A stretch of 64,000 nt of DNA from the human T2T-CHM13v2.0 reference genome, Homo sapiens, in the NCBI RefSeq assembly GCF_009914755.1, contig NC_060934.1; one strand, 5' to 3'. The notes under the pieces were generated by a model, which was not told the origin of the DNA, searched no databases, and saw only the letters and a list, made by a program, of their open reading frames with translations. Shown in pieces: positions 42,772-64,000 of the stretch (its first letter is position 1; every line of letters begins with the position of its first letter). The translations under genes and the position numbers were made by a program.

Positions 42772-44342
42772 ATGCTCAGTTTCTTTATCCAGTTCACTAC
42801 TGAAGGGCATCTAGATTGATTCCATGTCTTTGCTATTGTGAATAGTGCTGTGTCTTTATGGTAGAACAGTTTATATTCCTTTATATTCCTTTGGGTATAT
42901 ACCCAGTAATGGAATTGCTAGGTTGAATGGTAGTTCTGTTTTAAGTTCTTTGAGAAATCTCCAAATTGCTTTCCACAGTGGCTGAACTAATTTACATTTC
43001 CACCAGCAGTGTATAAGCAATCTCTTTTCTCTGTAACTTTGCCAGCATCTGTTATTTTTTGACTTTTTAATAATAGCCATTCTGACTGGTGTTGAGACAG
43101 TATCTGATTATTGTTTTGATTTGTGTTTTTCTAATGATTAGTGATGTTAACCATTTTTTTATATGCTTTGCTTGTTGGCTGTGTGTGTATGTCTTCCTTT
43201 GAGAAGTGTCTGTTCATCTCCTTTGCCTATTTTTTATTTTATTTTTATTTTTTGAGATAGTGTATCAAAAAATGGCATGGACATGGCTCACTGTAGCCTC
43301 GACCTCCTGGGCTCAAGGGATCTTCCTGTCTCAGCCTCCCGTGTAGCTGGGACTGCAGGTATGCAGCACCACGCCCAGCTAGTTTTTGATTTTTCATAGA
43401 GAGAGGGTCTTACTTTGTTGCCCAAGCTGGCCTTTAACTCCTAGGCTCCAGTAATCTTTCTGCCTCAGCCTCCCAAAGTGCTGGGATTACAAGTGTGAGC
43501 CACTACACCTGGCTTTTTGGCCATTTTTTAATGGGATGGTTTTTTGCTTGTTAATTTAATTTCCTTATAGATTCTGGATATTAGGCCTCTGTCAGTGCAT
43601 AGTTTACGAATATTTTCTCCCATTCTGTAGGTTGTCTGTTCACTTTGTTGATAGTTTCTTTTGCTGTGCAGGAGATTTAGTTAGGTCCCACTTGTCAATT
43701 TTTTGTTGTTGTTGCAATTGCCTTTGGTGTCTTTGTCATGAAATCTTTGCCAGGGCCTATGTCCAGAATGATATATCCTAGGCTTTCTTCTAGGGTTTTT
43801 ATGGTTTTAGGTTTTATATTTGTCTTTAATCCACCTTGAGTTGATTTTTGTACGTGATGAGAGAAAGGGGTCTAGTTTCAATCTTCTGCATACAGCTAGC
43901 CAGTTATCTCAGCACCATTTATTGAATAGGGAGTTATTTCCCCATTGCTTGTTATTGTTGACTTTATTGAAGACCAGATGGTTGTAGGTGTGTGGCTTTA
44001 TTTCTGGGTTCTCTATTCTGTTCCATTAGTTTACGTGTTTGTTTTTGTACCATGTACAGTACCATACTGTTTTGGTTACTGTAGCCCTGTAGTATGGTTT
44101 GAAGTTGTGTAGCATGATGCCTCCAGGTTTGTTCTTTTTGCTTAGGATTGCCTTGAATATTTGGGCCCTTTTTTGGTTCCATATGAATGTTAAAATAGTT
44201 TTTTCTAGTTCTGTGAAGAATGTCCTTAGTAGTTTAATAGGAATAGCACTGAATCTATAAATTACTTTGGGCAGTATGGCCATTTTCGTGATATTGATTC
44301 TTCCTATCCATGAGCGTGGAATGTTTTTCCACTTGTTTGTAC
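42772..44342 (-). mobile_element. Older L1P ORF2 3' fragment interrupted by an AluJ (~43228-43514)
   Basis: ORF track peptides MAIIKKSKNNRCW and [24 protein letters not shown] match the L1 ORF2 C-terminal region. Confidence 0.93.
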
Positions 44343-44384
44343 ATAGCAATCCTATATCACAAGTACAGATCTCAGGAAGGGGTC

Positions 44385-44738
44385 TGTCTTAGTCCATTTG
44401 GGCTACTATCACAAGAATACCTTAGACTGGGCAATTTATAAAAAACAAAAATTTGTTGCTCACAGTTCTGGAGGCTGGGAAGTCCAAGATCAAGGCACCA
44501 GCAGATCTGGTGTCTGGTGAGAGCCTATTCCTCATAGACATCACCTTCTATCTGTCCTCACATGGCAGAGGGGTGAATAAGCTCCCTTTGGCCTCTTTTC
44601 TAAGGATATTACTCCCATTTATGAGGAAAGAACACTCATGACCTAATTACCTTTCAAAGGCTCCACCTCTTAATACCATCACCTTGGGGGTTGGGATTTC
44701 AACATATGAATTTCGTGGGATACATTCAGATCATAGTA
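44385..44738 (-). mobile_element. MST/MLT1A-type MaLR solo LTR
   Basis: tgtcttagtccatttgggctact...ctcacagttctggaggctgggaagtccaagatcaagg...ttcagatcatag. Confidence 0.85.
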
Positions 44739-44743
44739 GGTTC

Positions 44744-47726
<2,983 letters not shown>

Positions 47727-47737
47727 GGAAACAAGTT

Positions 47738-48000
47738 CACCCAGGCTGGAGTGCAGTGGTGTGATCTCAGCTCACTGCAACCCCCACCTCCTAGGTTCGA
47801 GCCATCCTCCCACCTCAGCCTTCTGAATAGCTCAAGGGACTGCAGGCATGCACTACAACACCGTTTTTTTGTATTTTTTTTGTAGAGATGGGGATTCACC
47901 ATGTTGCTCAGATGGGTCTTGAACTCCTAAGCTCAAGCAATCCACCTGTCTGAGCTTCCCAAAGTGCTAGGATTATAGGCATGAGCCACCATGCCCAGCC
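47738..48000 (-). mobile_element. AluJ-like element lacking its 3' end and tail
   Basis: Begins at tcacccaggctggagtgcag, about 11 nt after the L1 5' end. Confidence 0.9.
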
Positions 48001-49250
48001 CTTTATTATTTTAAGTGCAAAATGGCCCAACATGTCTCCAGTAGGAATAGAAGGAATGGGGTGGGAGATTTCCTTTTCATCTTCCAAGCAGGGGCTGCTT
48101 TGAACCAAGTTGTCAGGAGCCAGGCCAGAGGCTGGTAAGTGCCTGTGGATAGGCCAAGGCATTTACAGGAGGAGTCCCAGCCTTTAAAATGGACTATATT
48201 AACATAAATACATAACTCCTTCCAGAAGTACTGTGGTCATGACCTCTCCCATGGGTTGCAGTTCCTCTTGTCCTTGTGCCGGTTGCCTTTGGATTCTGCA
48301 TGATCCCAGGAATAACCCTCCCCTGCATTTTCTATCTGCAGCATAGACTCCATGACTATGTCCTTGCCTGCTTCCTGTCCTGGGCCTGGAATGTAGGGTC
48401 TCCTATAAATCTACTTTGATTTATGTTTGGTGGGTCTAGTTGCTCAGGCTTTCTTCTGATTGGATAATGACTATGACAAACATTCCTGGAGCACTAAAGG
48501 TTTCACATGCATTCATTCACTCAATCCTTACAACAGGCTTATGGATCAACTACTGACACTTTTATGCCTGTTTTGCAAATGAGGAAATTGAGGTTCAGAG
48601 AAGCTCAAGGCCCCACAGCTGGTGAGTTGCAGAGCTGGGATTGGAAGGCAGATACACCTGACTCTAAGGCTTTTCCCCTTGCTCACCTGTTAGACTATTC
48701 TGGCTGGCCAGCCTATATCATCCCTACCCAGGGCTGGGGGATTCCCTGTCTCCTTCCCTCTCAATCAAGGTTGGGTTCTGTCCATGCAGAAGTTGTCCTT
48801 CCCCTGTTTAGAAAGCAGCGTGGCTCCCTGTTTTGACTGTTTGCCATCAGATGGAGGTAGCAAGGCTGGATGGGCAACTCCACCCTTGGGCTACCTGTGT
48901 GCTATGCAGCAAAGTGGAGGGGCCCAGTTTGGGCATTGGCTGGGCCTGCAGCTAGGGAGCTTGTGCCAGAGCTTCCATAGCAGCTCCAGAAAGAAGTACC
49001 AGGAAAGAGAAGAGCTGGTCTCAGCCGGGCCACCAGAGAAATGTCAGTTTTTCAGGAAGACCCAGCCTTCTTGCACAATGTGTGTACCCACCCGCTCACT
49101 GCCAAGCCTGGTGTTGGTCAGTGAGCATGCCAACATGGACCCCACACTGCTTGCCTGGGCCGTGGAGGACCAAAGCCAGTGATACATCCAACTGTGGGAA
49201 ATTGTGAGGACCCAGAGTTCCAGGGTGATCTCTGGGTAGGTGGGGTATCT

Positions 49251-49396
49251 CATATATACACGTATATAATATATATAAAATATTATATATCTATATATTA
49301 TATATACATATATACTTATTTATATATGTATATATAATATATTTTATATATAATATATATTTATATATTATATATAAATATATACATATATATATA
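49251..49396. repeat. TA-rich low-complexity tract (Alu tail-derived)
   Basis: Interrupted (TA)n next to the Alu at 49405. Confidence 0.92.
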
Positions 49397-49404
49397 GAAA
49401 GAGA

Positions 49405-49643
<239 letters not shown>

Positions 49644-49646
49644 CTC

Positions 49647-49985
49647 TTAGAGCCTGTGGGGATGGGGGGTGGTGAGAGTGAGGGGTGTGGCATCAGAGGC
49701 TGTGGGAGGTGTGGGGAGGAGCTTGGCATCAGAGGCTATGGGAGGGATGTGTGCAGAAGTGGGTAACATCAGAGGCTGTGTGGGAAGTGTGTGTGTGAGG
49801 AGGGGCAGGGCATCAGAAGCTGTGGGAATGGTGTGTGGGAAGAGGTGTGGCATCAGAGGCTGTGGGGGGTTGTGGGGCAGGACTTGGCATCAGAGGCTAC
49901 GGTAGGGATATGTACGGAGGCGGGTGTCATGAGAGGCGGTGGGGGAGGGCGTGGGGGAGGGACGTGGATCAGGCTGTCAGAGGTG
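49647..49985. repeat. G-rich minisatellite, ~40-bp units with core GGCATCAGAGGCTGTGGG
   Basis: Cores at 49691, 49727, 49767, 49811, 49851, 49888, 49928 and ~49968. Confidence 0.92.
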
Positions 49986-51945
49986 AGAAGAGCAGGGTGT
50001 CATAGGCTGATGGGTCTTGTGGACAGAATTCAACATTCCCATAAAGTCTGTGCAGACCACATTTCTCTTAATTAAAGGTATAGCTGGGTGAACTGTATTG
50101 GGTCTGTATTTTCCAGCCACTGGCGGTGAGTGTAACAAATATGTTTTATGCATAAGGGCAAGAATGCTTAAAACCATGGAGACTCCCCTAGAGATGAGAC
50201 CTAGACAGATGAGGATTTCAGGAATATGATTTTCCTAAGTGATGCAGGGTGATGGTGGAAAACTCTCCCAGTGAGACTTTGGGGGCAAATAATAAGTATT
50301 AGCAAAATTATCCAGACACTTCTTTTCATGAAGAAACACAAAGGCTCTAGCATGCTAAAATCCAAACTCCTGATTATTAAAGCAGTTGAATTCTACTTTG
50401 CTATTGCAAAGAAGAAAGGATAAAAATATCAGTTCTCATTACCTCTGCCCATATTTTGCCCCATTTCTCCTTTCAGCTCTTGTCTGAAGGTTTGTGGTCC
50501 CAGCAAGCTCGGTTGTTTCATGCTGACCACTTTGTTTATTTATATTACCTCTACTCTGCATCTCTGGTCTCATCTTCTTTGATGCATCATAAATACTAAT
50601 GAGCTAGTTTGCCTTTCTTACTGACAATAATGAAGAGGAGTAAGTAGTTGGGTGGTTTTCCTGTCCCTAAATGTATCCTCCCAAAGAGTCTCAATTCACC
50701 AAAGAGTTGTTTAGATTAAAACAAGCTCTTGTTCGGGCAGTTTTGAGAGAGGAAGTAGCAGCCACTCACTTATTAATGTGAAAAAATAACTTAGACGATC
50801 GTTCTTCCAACACCCAGTCGAAGGCTCCATGTAGGAATAGATCTATTTACGAGGCGGTGGGGAAGAGGAATAGCTTGGAGGGGAATTCAGCTGCTTGTGC
50901 TAATTCAGAATGCAAGAGAGCATCGCTGGTGGTGGCAGGGTGCAGGTTGCTGGAAGGTGAAAGAGAGGGCTAAGATCAACTTGGTACGTTAGTCATTTAG
51001 TCCCGAAGAGGTGGGCCTTCTCCAATGAAGAATAATTGTATGGACGTGACTATTCCTGCTCCTTCATATGTATTTATTACAAAGTCATCCTGAAATAGCT
51101 TGGTGGGGCTTTTGTCCTTTTTTCATTTCAAGAGCTGACATGTTTCTAGTGGGAGAAATATGTTGCACAGCACATTTGAGATTTTGCAGAGGGAGGCTTT
51201 TCGTTGGCCAGCTGTGCAGCTAACCTTTCACCTGATTGCTAATTGCCTGTGGATCTCAGAAGCTGAAAATAATCAGAAATCAAGCAATTAGAAATCTCAG
51301 TAAATGGGGAAATTCTGAACGTCTTTAGAAAACTTGTTTCCCTCCCAAAGCAAGGGGTGTATTTTGCTTACATATACCTCTTGCTACTAAGAAGGAAAGT
51401 AGGATCTTAATGTCCTAACATGAGTAGATCTCCAAGATATATTAAGAGAACAAAATATGTTTCAAGACTAAGCCTTAAGTATGATATATTTTATGCTGAA
51501 CACACACAGTGCTATAGATCCTTGAGAAGTAAATATATGAGTATATTTATGTAAAGTAGCTGTCTTATGGGGTTGTTATGAGGATTTTAAAAAGATAAAA
51601 AGCTAGAAGGATGAGGGATGTAAAATGCTTAGAATACTGGTATTGTACCAGTGTTGGCTATTATTATGATGTAATGCATTTAGAGAGATTGGTAATGAAC
51701 TTGCAGCCAAACCTATAACCGTGGAGTCGGGTAGATAGATGAGTTAGATTTTAGCCTTATCCTCAATGTTTAAATAATTTTGGAACAAAGGAATATATTT
51801 ACAAATTACTTGTATAATTAAAGATTAATTTAACTGATCTGAATAAAAAGTGGATATATTCAGATAAAAAATGTAAGAGAGTTACCACAAGCACTGGTGC
51901 ATTTAGACTTCAGCTCTATGCTTTAGAGAGTCTTATATGTCATAA

Positions 51946-51947
<2 letters not shown>

Positions 51948-51991
<44 letters not shown>
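51948..51991. repeat. (CA)n microsatellite
   Basis: About 21-22 perfect units. Confidence 0.97.
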
Positions 51992-51993
<2 letters not shown>

Positions 51994-52867
51994 TCAAAGA
52001 CCAAATGGCCAGCTCTGTCACTTAAGAACTGGTGCTCAACATAGGCTTACGTACTATGTTGACTAACACCATTGAGGTCCCAGGGAAATTCTCCTTCATA
52101 CAAACTCTTGCCCTGTGTCCTTGAAACAAAGGCAACTGTAACTGAATGCCACGAATTTGAGGGTTGTGCTGCTGCCTGGGTTGGACTTGCTTGGGAGGGT
52201 AAGAATGATTTGACCAGCAGAGGTAAAGAAAAAATAATGTAATTAATTTATCTTTAATTAACTTGTAATGAATTCTTGCATAAAGAATTATTGTTTCTCA
52301 GTAGTGCCAAACGTTCATTTTCTTGTTTCTCTTGGTGCTCCAGTTCTTGGTTCCAGAGGTACTCATAAATTAGCACAGTTTTGCAATAGCTACACATGGT
52401 AGCTGAGAAATAATTTGCAATGTTAAAACAGTGCATATTATTCTTAAATTTGTATTTATGTAGGTCTAGAAGTAATACACCTGAAGTGTGTTATATATTC
52501 TTTATATAGGGGGCTAGATGGAAATTGAACACTAAAATTAGGAATAGTTTTACTTCTATAAAATATATTTAATATGCTTTGATTACATTTTCCAAAAATT
52601 AAATACAACTTCAGCTTTAAAAACTCTTGATGTAAAAATTTTATATTCCTTAATTAAAATTTGTATTTTGCATAAACATATACTTTGGAATATTTTAGAA
52701 AAATAACCTATCTTGAAAGCATGAAAATAATTTTAATTTTTAAAATCAAATAATTTATATTTTTAATGAAAATTCATTCTAATTTTATACATTTTGAAAT
52801 ATTACATTTTATTATTTAATAGTTTAGGGCATTGCTATCAATCTAACACAAATTCTATGAAAATTGT

Positions 52868-53145
52868 TATTTTTGAGACAGGGTCTTGCTCTGTGGCCCA
52901 GGTATGATCATCAGCTCACTGCAGCCTCGATCTCCTGGGCTCAGGCAATCCTCCCGTCTCAGCCTCCAGAGCAGCTGGGACTACAGGCACATGCCACCAC
53001 ACTTGGCTCATTTAAAAAAAATTTTTTTTATAGATACGGGATTTTGCTATGTTTTGCAGGCTGGTCTCAAACTCCTGTGCTTGAGCAATCCTCCTGCCTC
53101 GGCCTCTCAAAGTGCTGGAATTGGCATGAGCCACTGTGCATGGCC
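52868..53145 (-). mobile_element. AluJ-like element
   Basis: Dimeric Alu with TSD tgaaaat. Confidence 0.9.
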
Positions 53146-53395
53146 TGAAAATCTTGATTATAAAAATATAATTTTGCTAAAATGAAGTCAGGAAAAATAA
53201 AACTTATGAAATAAATATAATGTATGAATGATGTATACCTTTGTTACATGTCAAACACCACTAGCCCATTGATAGAACACTCAGACATAGGCAATACTAA
53301 ATTTAGTTGTTTGATATTTTGCCAGCCTTCAGTTATATTAAAACCCAACTTTATACATATTTTAAACTTTGTCCATATGAAGGTATATGGACTAA

Positions 53396-58626
<5,231 letters not shown>

Positions 58627-59280
58627 CTTCCTCTACATCTTTGCCATCAGTTGTTATTTTCAGTCTTTTTAATTTTAGCCATTCTAGTGGGTGTGTACTG
58701 GTGTTTCATTGTGATTTTTATGTGTATTTCCTTGATGACTAATGATACAGAGCATTTTTTCGTGTGCTTATTTGCCATCCATGTCTTCTTTGGCAAAATG
58801 TCTGTTCAAATATTTTGCCTATTTGTCTTATTATTGAATTGTAAGCATTTTTTATGTACTTTGGATAGACGTAAGTTTTGCAGATATTTTTGCAAAAAGG
58901 ATTTTTTGAAGAGTAAAATGTTTATATTTTTGATGGAGTCCAATTTATCAAAAAAAAAAGTTCCTGCTTTTTGTGTGTCTTACTGAAGAAATCTTTGCCT
59001 AACCCAAAGTCATTAAGATTTTCTCCTGTGTATTCCAGAAATTTTATAGTATTAGCCCTCATATTTAGGTCTATAATGCATTTTGAGTTGTTCTTTTCTT
59101 TTTTGCATGTGGATGAGCAATTGCCCCAGGGCCATGTGTTAAAAAGATTTTTTTTTTAATCCATTGCCCTGGCACCTTTGTTGAAACCCAACTGATCATT
59201 TATGTGTGTCTAATTCTGGACAGTATGCTATTTCATTGATGTCTATGTTTATTGTTTCATAACTGCTACACTATTTTAAA
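58627..59280 (-). mobile_element. Older L1M ORF2 3' fragment
   Basis: ttttagccattctagtgggtgtgtactggtg and aaatctttgcctaacccaaagtc motifs. Confidence 0.8.
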
Positions 59281-59969
59281 TGACTGAAGTTTAGGAAGAT
59301 AAAAGAATAAAAAGCTTCAGGCAGCTCAGATATAAAACTCTAATGAAAGGATGACCAATGGCACCCAAGTGTGTATTTTGGGGCATGCCAAATCACACTG
59401 ACAATTTGCAGTGAAAAGAATTTCTATTTTGGGATTAAGCCTACAATTAAGTTTCTCTATAAGGTTGCTTCTAGAATGCTCTGTGTCACCCTAACTCAGG
59501 GGTACCTCTGTATTTAGGGATACATAAAATAAACCAAACCTTGGACACTTACTCTGATCTTGTAGATAGGAAAAGGCAGAAAGTTTGTGCATGTTGTCCA
59601 TCAGAGATGGCATGCTAGGTGTTAAATTGTGATCTCTCTGCAGAACAAGTTCTTAGCAGCTAAAGATGAGATAACCCTCTTACTGATATGAAAGGTAAAA
59701 ATACTTGTTGCTCTGTTAACTGGAAGTTTAGGATCCAATTTTTCTGTCTTTGATTGACAGTGTGACCTTGGCTATGAGTCCCTTACCTGAGATGCATCCC
59801 ATCTCAGTAGGTAGACAACATAATTTTGTCTTTACTTGCCACCTGCCATCTATATGAGTAGGTTGAACTCACGAGTGAAGTACAAGGCTGAGTCAGGTCA
59901 GAAGGGCATCAGTGTTCATAGTCTTAATCTCTTAATATCCTCTATTCCAGGAAACAAAGACATGATTAA

Positions 59970-60460
<491 letters not shown>

Positions 60461-60981
60461 TGAAATTAAGTTGCTTATATTTCAGTTAGATTTACCGAGC
60501 CACAGCTCTCTGTGTCCTGTATGCTTAGTGGATTTTTGTTGACTAGAATTGTTCTAACCACATTTCTTTAATAATCCACTACACAAATTCTACCCTTGTC
60601 TTCAAATGGCAACATGGTAGCCCAATCAACAGGGGCCTTGTTATTTGGAGCAGAGAGCTCCTGGTGGTTGCTGTTCTCCTGACCTAGCTTGTTCAGCCTT
60701 CCCGAGGTACGTGTCTGGGAGATAAGAGCTACCATTCATGAAGAGCATCTTGTGATGTTTATCACATCAGTTATTCTGAAGGCATCTCCCCACCCCCGCC
60801 CTTAATTGTGAAATTAAGACTAGCTATAGTAAAATTAGGAAACGTGAAAAATCTAGAAAATCATCGTTAAAAAAATCCCCAAGTACTAAATTTATGCTAG
60901 AGTATACCTCAAATAATGAATATCTCAAGTGAAAAATAATGTGCAGTATGAGTTTTTCCCCTAAATAAGAAAACTTTGTAT

Positions 60982-60984
<3 letters not shown>

Positions 60985-61025
<41 letters not shown>

Positions 61026-61029
61026 TGTG
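60985..61029. repeat. (GT)n microsatellite
   Basis: Seen directly, one interruption. Confidence 0.97.
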
Positions 61030-61254
61030 GTCAGGAGCTCTCCTCTAACACTGACGTTAACTCAAGAATAATAGGTTGATTATTAGCACTGAAATTTAAT
61101 TTTACAGGTAGGGAAACTAGGGCCCAGAGAGATGAGGTGATCCTCCTAAGGCCTGGAGTGATGAGGTGATTCTCCTAAGGTCCTACAGCCTCGATGTGGC
61201 AGTGTCCAGAGAAGCTCAGGTTCAGTGGTATCAATGGTTTTAGTCTTTTTGAGG

Positions 61255-61740
61255 TGTATTAGGCAGTTTCTTCAGAGAAACAGAACTACTGGGAGATATA
61301 TATGTATTATAGGAATTGATTCACATGATTATGGAGGCCAAGAAGTCCCATGGTCTGCCGTCTGCAAGCTGGAGAACCCGGCAATCCAGTGGTGTAATTC
61401 AGTATGAGTCCAAAGGCCTGAGAGACAGGAGAGCTGGTGGTGTAAGTCCTGGTCCAAGTCCAAAGGCCCAAGAACCGGGAGCACTGATGTCCAAGGGCAG
61501 AAGAAATTGGACATCCCAGCTTAAGCAGAGAGAGAGAAAATTCATCTTTTGACTGCCTTTTTGTTCTATTTGGGCCCTCAATGGATTGGAGGATGCCATC
61601 CACATTGGTGACGGTGGTCTTTACTGATTCTAAGGTCTCTTCTGGAAACACCTTGACAGACATACTTAGAAATAATGTTTTATCAGCTATCTGGGCATCT
61701 CTTAGTCCAGTCAAGTTGGCACATAAAATTAACCATCACA
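61255..61740 (-). mobile_element. MLT2 (ERVL) solo LTR, copy 1
   Basis: tgtattagg...cagagaaacagaac...cataaaattaaccatcaca termini. Confidence 0.9.
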
Positions 61741-61838
61741 AGGGGTCACCTTATCTAGTATAAATGTGCATGGCATAGGCTTTGTTGTAAACTGTTTCTT
61801 TTCGAAAAGCTTTCCTTCTCCTATTAGAATTTTACAGG

Positions 61839-61949
61839 TAAGGTGACCAAGCATTCTGTCTGCCCAGGACTCACAGGATCTCTGGACTCAGCACTTTAGT
61901 GTGAAAACTAGGGAATGTCTGGAAAGGCCAGGATGAGTTGGTCACCCTA
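61839..61949. mobile_element. MER94-like hAT MITE
   Basis: Terminal inverted repeats aggtgaccaa...ttggtcaccct, flanked on both sides by tttacagg (near-TSD). Confidence 0.7.
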
Positions 61950-62344
61950 GTTTACAGGGGTTTGCAACTATTCACCTGGGTGGTTTTGCCATACATTTCC
62001 TGGTGACCTGTGGATTCCAGCCCAGGCTACATGAAAGGAAACAAGACGACTCTATTCTACGGCAAAGAGACAAACTGTGGCTCTCTCTGGGTTATGAGCT
62101 CACCTTAACCTAATCCTGCCTGTCCTTCCAGGGCAGCCCCCGCTCACTTCCTTTACCACCCTCCTGACTACCGTGGTTGTTGTCAAACACCGCGTGGATG
62201 GATAGAACTGAATTCTGTACTTACCATTTCACTTTCTGCTATCAAGTACTGTTGACTAAAGCTTCACTTAGAAAGGTTTTATCTTGGCAGAGGTATTTTA
62301 AGACGCTTTAGGGATCTTTGTCAGATCCTTGTGTCCCAGGCAGG

Positions 62345-62535
62345 TTAAGATCACAGACTCTGGAACCAGATAGTCTAAGTTAGAACCCTGGTGTTCTGCC
62401 GCTGTCTTGGCCGTGTGATCTGGGCAAGTACCATAACCTCTCTGTTTCTTAGTTTGCTTCTATCAAATGGGGATAATAATAGTACCCAACCCGTAAGAGT
62501 ACTGTGAGATTTAACTTAGTTGATATACATAGAGT
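62345..62535 (+). mobile_element. MIR
   Basis: ggttaagatcacagactctggaaccaga...ctgggcaagtaccataacctctctg...aaatggggataataatagtacc. Confidence 0.8.
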
Positions 62536-63499
62536 GTCTAAGGCAGCACTTTGGCTATGATGAATGAGGTCTCAGTAGATTCTTTCTTGGCTGACTGGTT
62601 TGAATGCATATTCATGAGGCTAATTCCTTTACCTTTGCTGTCCACGTGCAAGGCGTGCATACTGAAAGTGAATATGGTTGTGGAGAAGATTCCTGGCTGC
62701 TCAAGCTGTGAAAGGATTCTGTCTGTGTGGTTCATTAGAATTCTAACTGCAGTGGGGCTTGCCTTGAAATAGAATCTTTAAGCACGAGGCCATCTAATGG
62801 TGTCCGCTTGAAGATTACTCTGTATAAGTACACTTTTTCATCTTCTAACTCTCCATTTAATATCAATATGTTAGCAATTAAAAATAGTTTAAAAGCACAT
62901 TCATGATAACTAATTTCAATTCATTGGAATAGATTTTTATCATATTTGATGCATAATTTCAGTTTTATTGCTGAGATAAAAGGTCAATCTGATAGATAAC
63001 TGAAATAGAATATGTGCTTCATGGGAACTTTACCTTTAAGTTGTTATGTATCTTGGTGTAATTAATAAAGCATTTCTTACAGCAGAATTGCACCACAGAG
63101 TGAATCCATGAACTTCCTGACTGTCAAACCAAATCAAGCTACTTCAATCCTTGAAGAATAAAACTGTTCAAATTGCAGTGGCTTGTAAATTCCTAGCTTT
63201 GGGTGAAGGAATCTGCACTATCTTCAGAAGAAGGAATAAACATTTCCTGCCACCCAAAACCGTATTCCTCTTTCTCCATCTCTAGGAAATCTGGCCACAG
63301 ATGATGACAGTGTGAAATGACGCAGTTGCTCCTGTGCTTGCCTGACCAGCACTCTTTACCCTCTTCTTCCAGTAATAAGGCCCCTCTCCCTTTTCTGGGG
63401 TACAGCTCGTTCTTCTCCTCCAGCCATGTATTAGGGGCTGCCATTCATAGTACCCCACCTCCCTTCCCACTGCAGTGGGCATCTGATCGACCTGCAATC

Positions 63500-63980
63500 C
63501 AGAGAAACAGAACCACTAGGAGATATATATGTATTATTGGAAGTTGGTTCACGTGATTATGGAGTCCAAGAAGTCCCATGCTCTACCGTTTGCAAGCTGG
63601 AGAAGCAGGAGATTCCATGGTGTAATTCAGTCTGAGTCCAAAGGCCCGAGAGACAGGGGAGCTGGTGGTGTAAGTCCTGGTCCAAGTCCAAAGGCCCAAG
63701 AACTGGGAACACTGATGTCCAAGGAGAGAAGAAATTGGACATCCCAGCTCAAGCAGAGAGAGAGAAAATTCATCTTTTGACTGCCCTTTTGTTGTATTTG
63801 GGCCCTCAGTGAATTGGAGGATGCCATACGCATTGGTGATGGTGGTCTTCTTTACTCAGTCTACTGATTCAAAGGTCTCTTCTGGAAACACCCTGACAGA
63901 CACACCTAGAAATAATGTTTTATCAGCTATCTGGGCATCTCTTAGTCCAGTCAGGTTGATATATAAAATTAACCATCACA
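63500..63980 (-). mobile_element. MLT2 LTR, copy 2 (missing ~18 bp at the left end)
   Basis: Aligns end to end with 61273-61740. Confidence 0.9.
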
Positions 63981-64000
63981 AGGGGTCACCTTATCTTGTA

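Noticed and set aside
49647-49985. CRISPR-like repeat-spacer appearance
   Set aside because: Primate DNA with no cas genes. The spacers are related G-rich sequences and the core is not palindromic, so this is a degenerate minisatellite.
61255-63980. Two MLT2 LTRs as an ERVL provirus
   Set aside because: The interval holds a MIR, a MITE and unique DNA rather than ERVL internal sequence, and both LTRs share the same outer flank.

Overview
Primate (human-like) genomic DNA, rich in Alu, L1 and LTR elements. The first ~1.7 kb looks like the terminal exon and 3' UTR of a + strand gene that I cannot name: an acceptor, a short possible coding tail and several AATAAA signals. The remaining ~62 kb appears intergenic and is mostly transposon-derived: about 29 Alu pieces, L1PA/L1PB/L1M fragments, solo LTRs (THE1, LTR2, MER51, LTR8, MLT1, MLT2, MST), L2, MIR and simple repeats. 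The only recognisable gene-derived sequence is a NACA processed pseudogene at 56.7-57.4 kb on the minus strand. It has no poly(A) tail, is fused directly to an L1 5' UTR, and lies between two L1 pieces in permuted order. Other notable structures: a probable old ~2.2 kb tandem duplication running off the right edge, a ~320 bp local duplication, higher-order repeats, closely spaced inverted Alus, and a switch in retroelement strand polarity near 27-29 kb. I see no intact novel protein-coding system. Repeat subfamily names come from recalled consensus motifs and were not verified by a search.
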